This document shows positions 14,272-29,410 of a stretch of 64,000 bases of DNA, one piece after another. The notes beneath the pieces were generated by a model. The model had not been told where the DNA came from, ran no database searches, and was given only the letters and a program-made list of their open reading frames with translations. This DNA is from Octopus vulgaris. Its lineage: Eukaryota. The first letter of the stretch is position 1. The number at the start of each line of letters is the position of its first letter. The stretch spans positions 12,710,001-12,774,000 of the forward strand of contig OX597837.1 of assembly GCA_951406725.2 (NCBI GenBank), in the 5' to 3' direction. The position numbers and the translations under genes were made by a program.

Positions 14272-14930
14272 TAGGCTGCTGAGGAGACGAAGGACTCCTC
14301 AGGGAAGGGCCGCAAGAGGAAGAAGGTGAGCAACAATAGTTGCTCATCGAAGGATCCTGGGGATGAGGGAGGAGAGGTGAATCTCCTGGTCACGGAGGAG
14401 ACACACCCTCCCTCAGGTGAGAGGGAAAAAAGAGGAAGATGCAGTGAAACGGGACATTGCCGGCAGTCGGTGACAGCACCGGAATGTTCCGGAACTTTGC
14501 CGGTAGGAGTTGTGCCACCGGCAGGGGAAGAGACACCGTTGGGGGGAATTGTGTCACCAACGGTAGAATTGCTACCTCGGACCCGGAGGAAGAGGAACTA
14601 TTGGTCTTCTTCAACAGAGGCGGAGAGGTAGAAGAGGTGGTGGAAAAGCACCATAAGGGGGTATTTTAACCTTCACACAGGATCCCGAATGGCTCCGCAG
14701 ATAGCTGTGGAGGTCATACCGGTGTCTGTGGGGTGTAGGCTACAGGGACTCAATGAGGAATATCGCTTGTGGCCGGGCGACGCCGGCTCGGATCCCGCCT
14801 TGGTCTTGAATGAGGCGTGGGGATGGTGGAGTATACGGGCACAAGGGATGTTGGGGAGGAATAATGACAAGTGGTTGAAAAGCCTCGGTGTTATAATGTT
14901 TATTATATTTATTGAATGTTATTGTGTTTA
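14272..14930 (+). mobile_element. Distal part of the Tx1/L1 ORF1-like element family also at 36.3, 46.6 and 60.2 kb
   Basis: GCTGAGGAGACGAAGGACTCCTCAGGGAAGGGCCGCAAG matches GCTGAGGAGGCAGAGGACTCCACAAAGAAGGGCTGCAAA at ~47507. Confidence 0.55.
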
Positions 14931-15182
14931 AGAGGCTTAAACATTCTTAAATGGACAATTAGTTCAAAAATTGTGAAACTGAAGTGAGAGGTTCAATACC
15001 TCGTTTTGCCTTTTTCTGTGAAAACAAAGAAGAGAATAATGTTTTTGAGAAGCGAAGGATCGGCGGGCGTTTTTTGTCTTATATCATCCTTATCATCATT
15101 CTTATCATATTCCTCATCAATGTCTTTGTCCAGCCCGCAAGCTACTTTGTATCGTGCTTTTACGGCAAAATTTTTGAAATAA

Positions 15183-15351
15183 AGTAGCTTGCTTACCAAC
15201 CACATGGTTCCGGGTTCAGTCCCACTGCCTGGCACCTTGAGCAAATGTCTTCTACTATAGCCTCGGGCCGACCAAAGCCTTGTGAGTGGATTTGGTAGAC
15301 TGAAACTGAAAGAAGCCTGTCGTATATATGTATATATGTGTATATGTATGT

Positions 15352-15419
<68 letters not shown>

Positions 15420-15625
15420 ATGTCAGTGTTTGTTCCCCCAACATCGCTTCACAACCGATGCTGGTGTGTTTACGTCCCCGTAATCTAGCGGTTTTGCAAA
15501 AAGAGACCGATAGAATCAGTACTAGACTTACAAAGAATAAGTCCTGGGGTCGATTTGCTCGACTAAAGGCGGTGCTCCAGCATGGCCGCAGTCAAATGAC
15601 TAAAACAAGTAAAAGAGTAAAATGA
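15183..15625 (+). mobile_element. tRNA-derived SINE (family A, CORE-like CTTGGGCAAG segment, internal (TG)n)
   Basis: Multi-copy consensus ...GGTTCCGGGTTCAGTCCC...CTCCAGCATGGCCGCAGTCAAATGACTGAAACAAGTAAAAGAG. Confidence 0.85.
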
Positions 15626-15695
15626 GAATATACAAAAGTGAAAATTAATCTTTAGTAATATCCAGTACCATGTTATCGAATATTACATTGAGGTT

Positions 15696-15932
15696 AAGGC
15701 GGCGAGCTGGCAGAAACGTTAGCGCGCCGGGCGAAATGCTTTGAAGTATTTCGTCTGCCGCTACGTTCTGAGTTCAGATTCCGCCGAGTTCGACTTTGCC
15801 TTTCATCCTTTCGGGGTCGATTAAATAAGTACCAGTTATTTACTGGGGTCGATGTAGTCGACTTAATCCGTTTGTCTGTCCTTGTTTGTCCTCTCTGTGT
15901 TTAGCCCCTTGTGGGTAGTAAAGAAATAGGTA
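15696..15932 (+). mobile_element. SINE family B
   Basis: AAGGCGGCGAGCTGGCAGAAACGTTAGC...GGGTAGTAAAGAAATAGG. Confidence 0.85.
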
Positions 15933-16479
15933 TTTTAAATAAATAAAAAATAGAACAAAAAACATTCGTTTATCCTGCAACTTTTCATTACTTCGGATGA
16001 ACCAAACGAAGCATATTGAAAATAGGGATTCACGTTCATCTATTAATATGGAAATTATGGGTTGACGAGACAGCTAGAAATAAATGCTAAATGTATTTTC
16101 TTTATCACCTCAGTTTATATAAAATATAAATCACGTTGTAAACTTTCCTATAACGTCCAGATTTTGGTTTTAATCGTCTTAACGCCAATACTATGAAACT
16201 TGCTTTTTAAGATTAAAGTAATTTTTATTTGCCCACTATATACAAATTCTAACGATTTTGATCAATAAAATTTATCCCAGTTGGCAATACTGAGTTAAGT
16301 CAGTCGCCGTAAGACGGTCAAACAGAGCAATTGCTGAAGCTCTTTGCTGGTAAGCAAATAACAGTGTGTGGTAATTAGTGTATTTTTATAGCATTTGTTT
16401 TGTATTACGGTGTGTATTTATTTTTATTTTTCTCATCGTAATTATTGTTTTCTACATTTCTTTTCACATATTTTATGGT

Positions 16480-16585
16480 AATTATTGTATGATAATTAAA
16501 ATGCAATCAAATAAACGTGCTTGTGTAAATCAACCAAACAACTTCTACTGTATCTGTGGACAATATACACTTAAGCCACAATCGT
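16480..16585 (+). mobile_element. Possible DNA-transposase N-terminal fragment (Cys-rich, Sola-like; family uncertain)
   Basis: MQSNKRACVNQPNNFYCICGQYTLK resembles the CxNxPxxFCYICG start of some DNA transposases; recognised from memory only. Confidence 0.35.
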
Positions 16586-16904
16586 TCCAGCACACTATCT
16601 CAGATCAGGTCACTTGCTATGCAAGTACATCTCCGTAATTTATATATTTCAAACATATATTTGCACGACAGTGTGTCATGAAAACTATATATAAAATTTG
16701 ACAGAAAACAACAGACGAAGACAAGCGTAAGAACAACAAACAGGTGTATTAGTTTAACTTAACGCTCGGGGAAAATGTAAAAGTATTTTGCGTTTCGAGC
16801 CTACGCTCTTCGTCAGAAAGGAAGGAATAAGGAGGGAAAAATGGAGAGAGAATGACAAAACAAAAAAAATCAAAAACGGTGGGAGAAAAACTTTGAATAT
16901 AATA

Positions 16905-16931
16905 TATATGTATGTATGTATGTATGTATGC

Positions 16932-16964
<33 letters not shown>

Positions 16965-17412
16965 TGTATGTATGTATGTATGTATGTATTATGTATGTAT
17001 GTATGTATGTGTGTATGTATGTATGTATGCATACTTGTAAGTATGTATGTATGTATGCATACTTGTAAGTATGTATGTATGTATGTATGTATGTATGTAT
17101 GTATGTATGTATGTATGTATGTATGTATGCATGTATGTATGCATGTATGTATGTATGTATGTATGTATGCATGCATGTATGTATGTATGTATGCATACTT
17201 GTAAGTATGTATGTATGTATGCATGTATGTATGTATGTATGTATGTATTTATGTATGCATGTATTATGTATTTATGTATTTATGTAAGTATGTATGTATG
17301 CAGGCATGTATGCATGTATGCATGCATGTATGCATGTATGCATGCATGTATGTATGCATGCATGTATGTATGTATGTATGTATGTATGTATGCATGTATG
17401 CATGTATGTATT
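16905..17412. repeat. (TATG)n microsatellite
   Basis: Read directly. Confidence 0.95.
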
Positions 17413-17805
17413 TTAGCATGGTCAGCCGAAAAACATTATTATATAATTCACGGTAGGCAGCCAGTGTTGCCAGGTATGCCAATAAAATGTAAGAGTTAAG
17501 GAAGGGAGTAGATGATCCGGGCTACATATATTTCCTAGCAAGCGGAACTTCGGAAGGGGTTAATACCCAAGCGAGGTGTATACTGCAGGCTACTCTTCAG
17601 GCGAAGGGTATCTTAGTTAAATGAAGATTACCATGTCGCAAAGTGATGCATGTGAACACACGGACGCATTTATTAGTCGCTGTGAAGATCGAACCCTCCG
17701 TGTGTTCACATGCGTCGCCTTGCGACGAGGTAAACTTCATTTAATCAAGATACCCTTGGCCTGAAGCTAAGTGCGCGCGTACACACACACACCAACACAA
17801 ACCAG

Positions 17806-17838
<33 letters not shown>

Positions 17839-17909
17839 GCGTGTAACGTTACAACAAAACTACTAAATCATACGTTTAACAGTTATATGTGTCATTAATT
17901 CGTATATAG

Positions 17910-17948
<39 letters not shown>

Positions 17949-18710
17949 CTATCTCACACACACACTACAGAAACATAACACTGTTATTATAACAGTAAGT
18001 AAAATATTTGATACGCAATTCGTATATAGCTACTCAAACACACGCTGTATTAACGACCTGTTCTGCGTTTATGGAACGAAAGAATTTTAAGGAAGAGAAC
18101 CGACTACATTTAGAAAACTGTTGTAAATATATTAGTGGCGATTACCACTCAAGTCCTAATTAATTTGCTCAATTAGTGAATTATACATTTTCAACGGATT
18201 GAAATGAAGACAGTTACTACTAAATGATACAGGCAGCCATGACATCGGTTACCATCGGCCACATATCATGTAGGGGTAAACATGGGAAAATAATAAAGAT
18301 TCAGTAAATTAGGGTCTTTACCGTGTCAATATTTGTTTCCCTCCGAACTCTTCTCATTCATGCGTAAAACGAGTCAGAAGTGTGCAAAATCTATTAGATT
18401 CGTGATGTGTTATTGGGGATATCGGATTTTGTTTCCTGGGGTATTTTGGGGACAACTCTGCTATGATGTTGATAAGCAAGACATTTCGTCTATGGCGGTA
18501 AGTTGGCATTAATTCAGGTCTTTCGTTTAGTATTAAGACTGGGCGACAATCATATCACAACGTTCCTCTTTACGAAGTTCAATGTAGACGCACTCTTAGA
18601 GACCTTGTGACATAATCGATGTCTCCGCAAAAATACAAACCACGCCAGTTAAGTGACGAACCGATCCACCATTCACATACATGACCAGCCACGTGATCAA
18701 TGCTTTAGCA

Positions 18711-18913
18711 CAGTGGTTCTCAGCCTGGGGCCCGCGGATCCCTGGTGGTCTGCAAATGTAGTACTGGGGATTCGTAAACTAAATTCAATATTTCATCTAT
18801 CTATCTATCTACATATAAGGATAAGGATAAAAAGGGTCTGTGGGAAAACTCATTTAAATAAAAGGGTTGCGAATCACTCTCGCGAACCACTGGGAAAAGG
18901 TCGGGAACCACTG
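18711..18913. mobile_element. hAT-type MITE with 8-bp TSD
   Basis: TIRs CAGTGGTTCTC... / ...GGGAACCACTG; TSD CTTTAGCA at 18703-18710 and 18914-18921. Confidence 0.85.
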
Positions 18914-20332
18914 CTTTAGCAGAATGACTTCTGCGAGTACCTTGGCCAAGGACTTCTCCTCTGAGTTCTACACACTCCGCACAGCAGATAAATTTAGTCC
19001 TTTTCTATGCCGTCAACTATTTGTCACAGTATCGTGTTTCTTACTGAATGTCTGAATGTATTTATAAGTAAAGTCGTTTCTGTATATTTATATTTTATAT
19101 AAAATCTAGATATGACAGAAAAAAAATCTAGTCTTAGATTTGAAGTCAGCTAACCGAAAATAGCTTGGTCTTCTGTAATAAAATCTCTGTTGTCGAGTGC
19201 TATCAAAAATTATTTGGTATATAGCATCGTTAGATGTATGATATTATCAGGTATTTGATATTATCAGGTGTACATAATATCCTCAATAATATCATTAATT
19301 TCAGAACGCATAAAATTGATTTCAATGATTTACTATTGATTTCTTGTATTTCAGAGAATGCACCACAGTCGATAAATTCTTGCCTGAACCAAGAATATAA
19401 AGAGTCGTAAAGAAATACTCAAAGAACTCTACCAATTCTGTCCACTGTCATTTGTCACTGAACTACCATTGCCTCAAGATGGATCTTCAGTTTCAACCAG
19501 ATTTTATATACAAGAATTGAATTCCATGGGAACGACTCAACCTGAAATGGAAACTGCATTGTCATCGCCTCTATACAGGTCACATTGAACTAATCTAAAA
19601 CATCATTAAACAGGTGAAAGAATGCAAATTCTTCTGCAAACGGGGCATTCTATATCGCATCTACACTGGGATTTTACAGAGAATGTTATTAAACAAATCA
19701 AAGAACCAAGTGGAATTGAACACACACCTTTCAATAACTAATCGGTTACTACATATCTTTCAACGGTTTCTCACGTGTGACGTCTCTTATAGAACACGGT
19801 AAAAGAATCTTAGAACCTGCGGTCTCTGTGTCTTACTGTCACAATTCTACACTTTAACTGTTATTTTGCTTTATTGTATTCTGACTGTATTGTACTACAT
19901 TCTATTTCTAAGTAAAGGAGAAGCGAAATAAGTTACTAAATTAACCATAATTGCCATAACTGATCCTTACCTTTCTAATGATCGATAAATGACTTGCATG
20001 TTTATCAATAATAATTATACCAAAATCTTGTGAATTATTACTGTACTACGACACATCTTAACCATAATTTTGAATGAACATATTTCATCCCTTGAAGAAA
20101 ATACTATTTTAAGACAAAATAAATATTTTTTTAATATAATGAAATCAATCATGGCAAACAGATCCAGATGAACAAATCGAAAGAGTAATTTGTTAAACTG
20201 CAGTAACTGTCCGTTAGTTTTTGTTGGAATATTTACAATTTACATCATTCGCTGTTTATTATACGTTCAGACTCTCTGGAGTTTCAGGCTTACGATATTT
20301 GCATTGAGAGATTCAGTCGGAAGGACGTAATA

Positions 20333-21796
20333 ATGTCGAAGTACACCAGTTGTATGGAGCGTTATTATTCATGTCGATGGAGACTATGTTATGCTTCTAC
20401 TGTCGTTTTTCTTCTCTCGCAAACACTAAGAGTTGATCTAAGTATGGGATTTGTTTGTATGTTGAAGAGACCCAATCGTACAACTGAGGAACTTAACATT
20501 ACTTCAACTAACCAACATTGTTCTGGTTCGAATAGTTATTCAGTTATTCGAAATTATGAAGGAGAATTCGAATGGAGCGACACCTTACAAGCAACCATGT
20601 TAGCTGGGTACTTCTATGGCTCTATAGCAACTACTTATTTGGGCGGTTTATTGGCGGACAAATATGGCGGTAAATGAGTTCTTGGTGGTTCACTTCTCAC
20701 TTCATCCATTCTGACCCTTCTTTGCCCAAGTTTATCACGAATTAGTGTGTACTATATGATTGTTCTAAGAATATTAATAGGTATGGCATCAGGAGTGGTG
20801 GCCCCAGCGATACACTCCGCATTTGCACGTTGGCTCCCTCCAGAAGAAATTAGTTTATCCATTGGGTTTACATTCGCCGGACAAATTGTAGGTACTGTTG
20901 TAGGTCTTTCAACATCAGGTTATCTTTGTGTTTATGGCTTCGATAATGGATGGGGTTCTATATTTTATGTATTTGGTGGAATATCGTTGCTGTTTAGTTG
21001 TGTGTGGTTTTATGTTGTTTATGATAATCCAGACGTCCATCCCACTATCAGCAAAGAAGAACGTGCTTACTTGAAGAGAACTGTAATAAGTAAGAGACTA
21101 GTTAAAAAAATACCTTGGAAACGATTGCTTTTTTCCCCTGCTGTTTGGGCCATCATCTTCGGTTTGTTCGCTTATGCCTGGACTTTCATAACTTTCGAGA
21201 CATTGCTCCCTCTATATATGAAAGAAGCCTTAAAGGTTGATTCAGCCTCCAACGGTTTCATGTCGTCTGCTCCTTCGGTTGGACAAATTATTTCTATGCC
21301 ATTATGTGGAAAGCTTGCAGATTTTATACGTTCAAAGAAATACCTGTCAACTCGTTCTGTTCGGGTTTTATTTCAAACCATTTCTCTGATTGCTTCAGCG
21401 TGTCTGATGATTGTCATCGGATTCCTCAGATGTGACCAAAGCGTTCTGATAACTATCCTCTTATTTCTCAGTGGTATAACTTTATCATTTGCCAGTGGCG
21501 GTGTTGGTGTCAATAACAGAGACATTGCTCCAAGTTATGTTGGTATTATATATGGAATTGCAAACACTTTTGCAATAAGTTCGGGCGGCATGTGTTCCTT
21601 AACTACAAAAGCTTTAACCCCAAACGGTACGCAAGAAGAATGGCAGATTGTATTAGTCTTGTGTGCCGGTATATGTGTGTCTGGGGCAATATTGTATATA
21701 ATATTGGCAAGAGGAGAAATCCAAGAATGGGCAAGGTCTGAAGGATCTAGCTCAATGGATCATCCAAAGGAGATAAATAACAGTACAACAATATAA
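20333..21796 (+). pseudogene. SLC17A5-like: SLC17/sialin-like paralog 2 with a single in-frame nonsense codon (TGA 20675-20677)
   Basis: ORFs 20333-20677 and 20747-21796 are in the same frame. GGT AAA TGA GTT corresponds to GGG AAA AGA/AGG GTT (G-K-R-V) in the paralogs. Same 1464-nt length as paralogs 1 and 3. Confidence 0.8.
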
Positions 21797-21887
21797 GCTG
21801 TCCACTTTTGTTATGTCTAGATTAGTTTGACGTCGTTATTTTCATTTGAAAATTCGCTGACGATTCTTAATATTTTCCTTAATATAT

Positions 21888-22050
21888 CGGTGCGTGTGTT
21901 GCTGTGTGCTAAGAAGATATATCCCCAGACACATGCTTTTCTTCTCAGTTCCACTGCGTGGCAATTTGGTATCTGTCTTCTACTATAGTCTCGGGCTAAC
22001 CAAAGCCTTGTGAGTGGATTTGATAGATGGAAACTGAAAGAAGCCCGTCA
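21888..22050 (+). mobile_element. Degraded SINE family A 5' part
   Basis: GCTGTGTG...CTACTATAG...GCCTTGTGAGTGGATTTG...GAAAGAAGCCCGTC. Confidence 0.7.
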
Positions 22051-22058
22051 TGTATATA

Positions 22059-22143
<85 letters not shown>

Positions 22144-22260
22144 GAAAGATGAATAATCTTGTAGTAGATATAGTTTAACCGATACCTTAGTAGCAAAATA
22201 TATATATATATGAAATAAAACGATTTCTGTTCAATCTGCGTTCAGCTCCATTTCTTCAAT

Positions 22261-22292
<32 letters not shown>

Positions 22293-22293
<1 letters not shown>

Positions 22294-22543
22294 TTATACA
22301 TACAAATTAAGGACTGAACACGAAAAGTGGACAGTCAACATGCTAGATATAGAAGTCAAATCGCCATTCTCCACAAAGAGTATGTTCTCAAATAAAACTC
22401 AGCACAAAACCAAAGCATTAAACAAGACAAATGTGCTGAGTTTTATTTGAGAACATACTCTTTGTGGAGAATGGCGATTTGACGTCTATATCTAGCATGG
22501 TGACTGTCCACTTTTCGTGTTCAGTCCTTAATTTGTATGTAAA
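22293..22543. repeat. Fold-back palindrome (~114 bp arms, ~25 nt loop)
   Basis: TACATACAAATTAAGGACTGAACACG...CTCAGCACA / TGTGCTGAG...CGTGTTCAGTCCTTAATTTGTATGTA. Confidence 0.9.
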
Positions 22544-22915
22544 AATATTTTAATCTTCGGATTCTTTTTAATATGCTAGACCACTGGTTTTAATTGACTA
22601 ATATCAATTTCTACCCTTAATTAATTTTATATATATATATGTTTATATATACACAGCGGGCTTCATATTAAATAATAATATGACAACAAAAGAATGAATG
22701 AGACCTCGATATTATGTAGAATAGAGGAATTTATCTATAACTATAATATGTGACAATTAGTTGGTTGTCATGATAAAACTCTGAGTTTCGGATGATACAG
22801 GAGTTGAAGTCCTCTCCGGCATCTCATTTTAATAACTGATGAGATGCCGGAGCGGACTTCATCTCCGGTATGGCATCTCTCAGTTTTATTATGACAACCA
22901 ACTAATTGTCACATA

Positions 22916-23030
<115 letters not shown>

Positions 23031-23064
23031 AATACAATATATACATATTATATTTATATATATG

Positions 23065-23108
<44 letters not shown>

Positions 23109-23289
23109 CATATGTATTATGTATATATTGTGTTTATATATATATATATATTTAGTTGTGTCTGAAGAGAGTCATTTTCTTTTTAGTGCCTTATAATATA
23201 ACACACTCACCGGTAAAATTTCCACTTTTTTCTTATTTTTATTTTCCTAACATTTTCGTTCAATAGTTTTGATTCTTATATAAAGAGTC

Positions 23290-23640
23290 TTGCAAACCAA
23301 ATCCCAAAACGAAATATATATATATTTAATTCTTTAAGAACATAGAACTTGCCACACCAATAGAGGAGAAACATAATTCAGTAAACTTTCTTGATGTTGC
23401 TTTAGATCTACGCACAGAAATATACAAACCTTATCGCAAGCCAAATGCGAAGCTTACAATACATACATAAAAATACGAATCACTCTGGTTGCATAACCCT
23501 GTCAATAGTACGGAAGATATTTGCCCGCATCTCCAACCTCTCGCCGAACAAAGAAGTATTCAAACTAAACAAGGGCTTTTAAAATGTAGCACTAGAGTAG
23601 GTGGTATATAAGGAAAAATGAAAATTTTGCAACAGAAACA
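23290..23640 (+). mobile_element. Penelope-like RT C-terminal fragment
   Basis: VNFLDVALDLRTEIYKPYRKPN is the typical PLE RT motif; degraded. Confidence 0.7.
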
Positions 23641-23908
23641 TCGAGAGAATAAATAAATGTAGTTAAGACTATCCTAGCAATAATTACAGCATAGTAGATA
23701 AGCAAAAACAGCTACTAATAACCAAGTAGAAATAGATGGGAGAGTAAGAAATTTGGACACTTGGACGATAACCGAGGAGTACCTTGCAACTAAATGCTTA
23801 TGCATAGAAGAAATTTACCAAATGTTCACTTCAAAATTTAATCTCATAACATAAACACAAGGCAGGAACGAGTACAGAGATGTCTTCACACAATTTAAAT
23901 AAACAAAT

Positions 23909-24080
23909 AGGCGCAAGAGTGGCTGTGTGGTAAGTAGCTTGCTTACCAACCACATGGTTCCAGGTTCAGTCCCAGCGCGTGGCATCTTGGGCAAGTGTCT
24001 TCTGCTATAGCCCCGGGCCGACCAATGCCTTGTGAGTGGATTTGGTAGACGGAAACTGAAAGAAGCTCGTCGTATATATG

Positions 24081-24119
<39 letters not shown>

Positions 24120-24325
24120 TTGTGTGTCTGTGTTTGTCCCCCTAGCATTGCTTGACAACCGATGCTGGTGTGTTTACGTCCCCATCACTTAGCGGTTCGG
24201 CAAAAGAGACCGATAGAATAAGTACTGGGCTTACAAAGAATAAGTCCTGGGGTCGATTTGCTCGACTAAAAGGTGGTGCTCCAGCATGGCCGCAGTCAAA
24301 TGACTGAAACAAGTAAAGAGAGAGA
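23909..24325 (+). mobile_element. SINE family A, full length
   Basis: From GGCGCAAGAGTGGCTGTGTGGTAAG to GAAACAAGTAAAGAG. Confidence 0.88.
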
Positions 24326-24704
24326 GAGAGAGAGTAAGAGTAACACTATACATAGTAATAATAGTTATAATTGTAATTGAGAAAGAAAAACCCCATAAAA
24401 ATAAATCCAACCTAATAATATACCTGTACATTAATAATGTGCTCTATACAATCGGAACAATAAACTATTAGAATTAATAAGAAATCTACGTAAACATTGA
24501 ATGCAACCATGACCTATTTTAAGACTATGTTTCGCGCCACCTACATCGATAGTACATGTGAACCCTAGATCAATATTCCTGCGAATATTAATTGTAACAC
24601 CCCTACCTCCAACTGAACACCAACAAACGGATATTTTATTAATTTGGTCTAATGAGTCATTTAGTTTACTCCGAAACGATCCAGAGTAAAGGACCCTAAG
24701 TAAA

Positions 24705-24791
24705 GGACCCTGAGGAAACTTCACCGAGCATGTTGCAAGGTTTGCATATCCAACAGCATGCATTCAGTGCAGTTGAAACGCGTGTAGGTCC
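24705..24791 (+). ncRNA. Type I hammerhead ribozyme motif (minimal stem III, long stem II)
   Basis: Stem I GGACC/GGTCC; core CTGAGGA; stem II AACT...AGTT; GAAAC-GCGT-GTA cleavage triplet. Confidence 0.65.
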
Positions 24792-25144
24792 GGAGAATAT
24801 GCTGTAAATAATCTGCTGTAAATAACTTCTAAAAAAAGTTTATGGATGTGAAAAATTTCCATTCTCCTTATTATTATTAATGTTATTAATTATTCTACGG
24901 AATATATGCAGACCTGAACTTGATGCAAGGAATTACCCAGTGATGTCACTTCAAACGAACTTTTGCAGGCATGGTGGGGGGAAATTTTAGTAGTAATTAG
25001 CTGGCAGACTTTGGCTGACGAGTAACAGGCACCTATTTGGCCCAAATTTTGAAACCGGTAATTATAAATAGTTTCACACATTTCGTTTGTTTAAACAGTG
25101 TTTCGTCACTTCAAACGAACTTATGCAGTTAATATTGTATACTC

Positions 25145-25563
25145 TTTCTCTCTTTTACTCTTTTACTTGTTTCAGTCATTTGACTGCGGCCATGCTGGAG
25201 CACCGCCTTTAATCGAGCAACTCGACCCCGGGACTTATTCTTTTGTAAGCCCAGTACTTATTCTAGCGGTCTCTTTTGCCGAACCGCTAAGTAACGGGGA
25301 CATAAACACACCAGCATCGGTTGTCAAGCAATGCTAGGGGGACAAACACAGACACACAAACATATACACACACACTTATATATATATATATACATACATA
25401 CGACAGGCTTCTTTCAGTTTCCGTCTACCAAATCCACTCACAAGGCATTGGTCGGCCCGAGGCTATAGTAGAAGACACTTGCCCAAGGTGCCACGCAGTG
25501 GGACTGAACCCGGAACCATGTGGTTGGCAGACAAGCTACTTACCACACAGCCACTCCTGCGCC
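25145..25563 (-). mobile_element. SINE family A, full length
   Basis: Reverse complement of the family A consensus. Confidence 0.88.
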
Positions 25564-26269
25564 TATGTATGTGCATATTTCATTAATTTGCATGTACGGC
25601 TCATAATTCGTTTGCCTCTACTGATGGTATTTTAATAATACCATCCCTCTTATATTTATTCATAAATAACTTCACACATTTCGTTTGCTTAAACAGTGTT
25701 TTGTCACTTCAAACGAACTTTTGCACGCACGGTAGGAGAATATTTTAGTATTAGTTAGCTGAAAGACTTTTGCTAAAGAGAAACAGGCACCTATTTGGCC
25801 CTAATTTCGAAACCAGTACCAAATTGACCAGCATTACCTGTGCTGACCTATCAAAGGTAAGACGTTATTAATGTCTGTATTAGATTTATGACTATTCTAT
25901 CTCTATTATATATATATATATATGTGTGGAAACCCTTACGCTAGAAAGAGATCCGCTATGGTCTCAACAACTAAGAATTGTTCTCCAGAAAATTTAGCAC
26001 ACCAGAAACTTAAGCGATGTTATAAAATTAATATCCAATTTTTCCCCCTCATCTTGATTTTATATATATATATATATATATATAGAAGACTATTGTAGTT
26101 CGCTTGAAGCATTGTGCATTGTTTGTAAAGAATAAAAAGTTTTGAAGGATACAACAATGTACTATAATACAAAAAATGGACAGGTATATAGTCCATTTTT
26201 GTATTATAGTACATTGTTGTACCATTCAAAAATGTTTATTCTTTATATATATATATATATATATACATA

Positions 26270-26310
<41 letters not shown>

Positions 26311-26354
26311 CATACACACACACATATATATATATATACATACATACACACATA

Positions 26355-26436
<82 letters not shown>

Positions 26437-26849
26437 ATGAAAAGTTGTTGAATATAAACAGATAAATACACACGTACATACATATATACAAACATATACA
26501 TGCATATATGTTGTTTATGTCTAGCATTGTGACTCGCGCAAACTAATTAGATTTTAGAAATGACCCGATACAAGGATTTTGGATTATTTTTGTTTTTGTT
26601 TTTTTTATACTTAATCTTTGAGATCGAGTTCATTTTTAGATAAGTCGAGTTCATTTTTAGTATTCTCATTCGTGAGATAAGTCGAGTTTATTTCAGATAT
26701 TCTCCTTTTGAAAGTTATCTGCGGCTAATCATTGAGAGGACGTTGATGTTGCCTTGGTGGAGGTTTGCGCTCTCTGAGGGCTCTTATTCTTTTAATATTT
26801 TATTTGTTTCAGTCATTAGATCGTGACCATGTTGGGACACCATCTTGAA

Positions 26850-26890
<41 letters not shown>

Positions 26891-26936
26891 CATACACACA
26901 CACATATATATATATATATACATACATACACACATA

Positions 26937-27010
<74 letters not shown>

Positions 27011-27015
27011 GATAT

Positions 27016-28556
<1,541 letters not shown>

Positions 28557-29112
28557 CCCAACACATATGTAGACGCACTTGCCATTTGGATATTTCTTTC
28601 CAGTTGATACATACTCATATAATGAAACTTCGTAATATATTTTTTTTGTTTAATTCCTTTTTTATTCTTTATTCTATATTCGTTTTTCTTTTCTTTTTTT
28701 TTGGAGGGGGGGTAACGAATTACGTTTGAATATCTTTAATCAACTCTAACATTTTCTATGCTGCTGACACCGTCGGATGGAGTGGGCATGCTTTTGGTGT
28801 TAAAACTATGAAGATATCTGACTACCTAACTGAAGATGAGATATTTCATATATACATAGATTGATTTTACGTTTTCTCCTTGTTTTCTTGTTTTTTTTGC
28901 AATTCGTTGTTGCTGTTCTAATGAATTCATTTATAAATTTATTGATCTTATCATTCTTATACAATATTTTGTAAAGGAAATATTTTGAGATAGATGATAG
29001 AAGACGAGGAGGTCGATGTCATCAAGTGATAAAGTCAAGTGTAGCTAGCGGGTTGCCACTCGTGTTTGGATGTTTACATTATATTTTGTTCTTATAGTTG
29101 TAACCGTTTAAG

Positions 29113-29410
29113 TGGAAGCGCGTGGTTTAGTGGTTAGGGTGTTGTAATTTCGATTCCTGGACCGGGCAACGCGTTGTGTTCTTGGGCAAGACACTTCACT
29201 TCGCGTTGTCCAGTTCACTCAGCTGGCAAAACGAGTAATCCTGCGACGGACGACGTCCCCTCCGGGTAGGGAATATAAAAGCCATGAAATGCGGAAAACC
29301 GGTCCTTATGAGCCGGTATGAGTCCAGAAAGAAACTCTTCTAACTTTTTAAGGCGGCGGGCTGGCAGAATCGTTAGCACGCTGGACGAGATGCTTAGCTG
29401 TATTTCTATT
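29113..29410 (+). mobile_element. tRNA-derived CORE-like SINE (family D) followed by a family B head
   Basis: GCGCGTGGTTTAGTGGTTAGGG...TTCGATTCCTGG...CTTGGGCAAGACACTT, then AAGGCGGCGGGCTGGCAGAATCGTTAGCACG. Confidence 0.65.

Noticed and set aside
20675-20677. Selenocysteine recoding of the TGA
   Set aside because: The aligned residue is Arg in all paralogs, not Cys, and no SECIS was recognised in the 3' flank.
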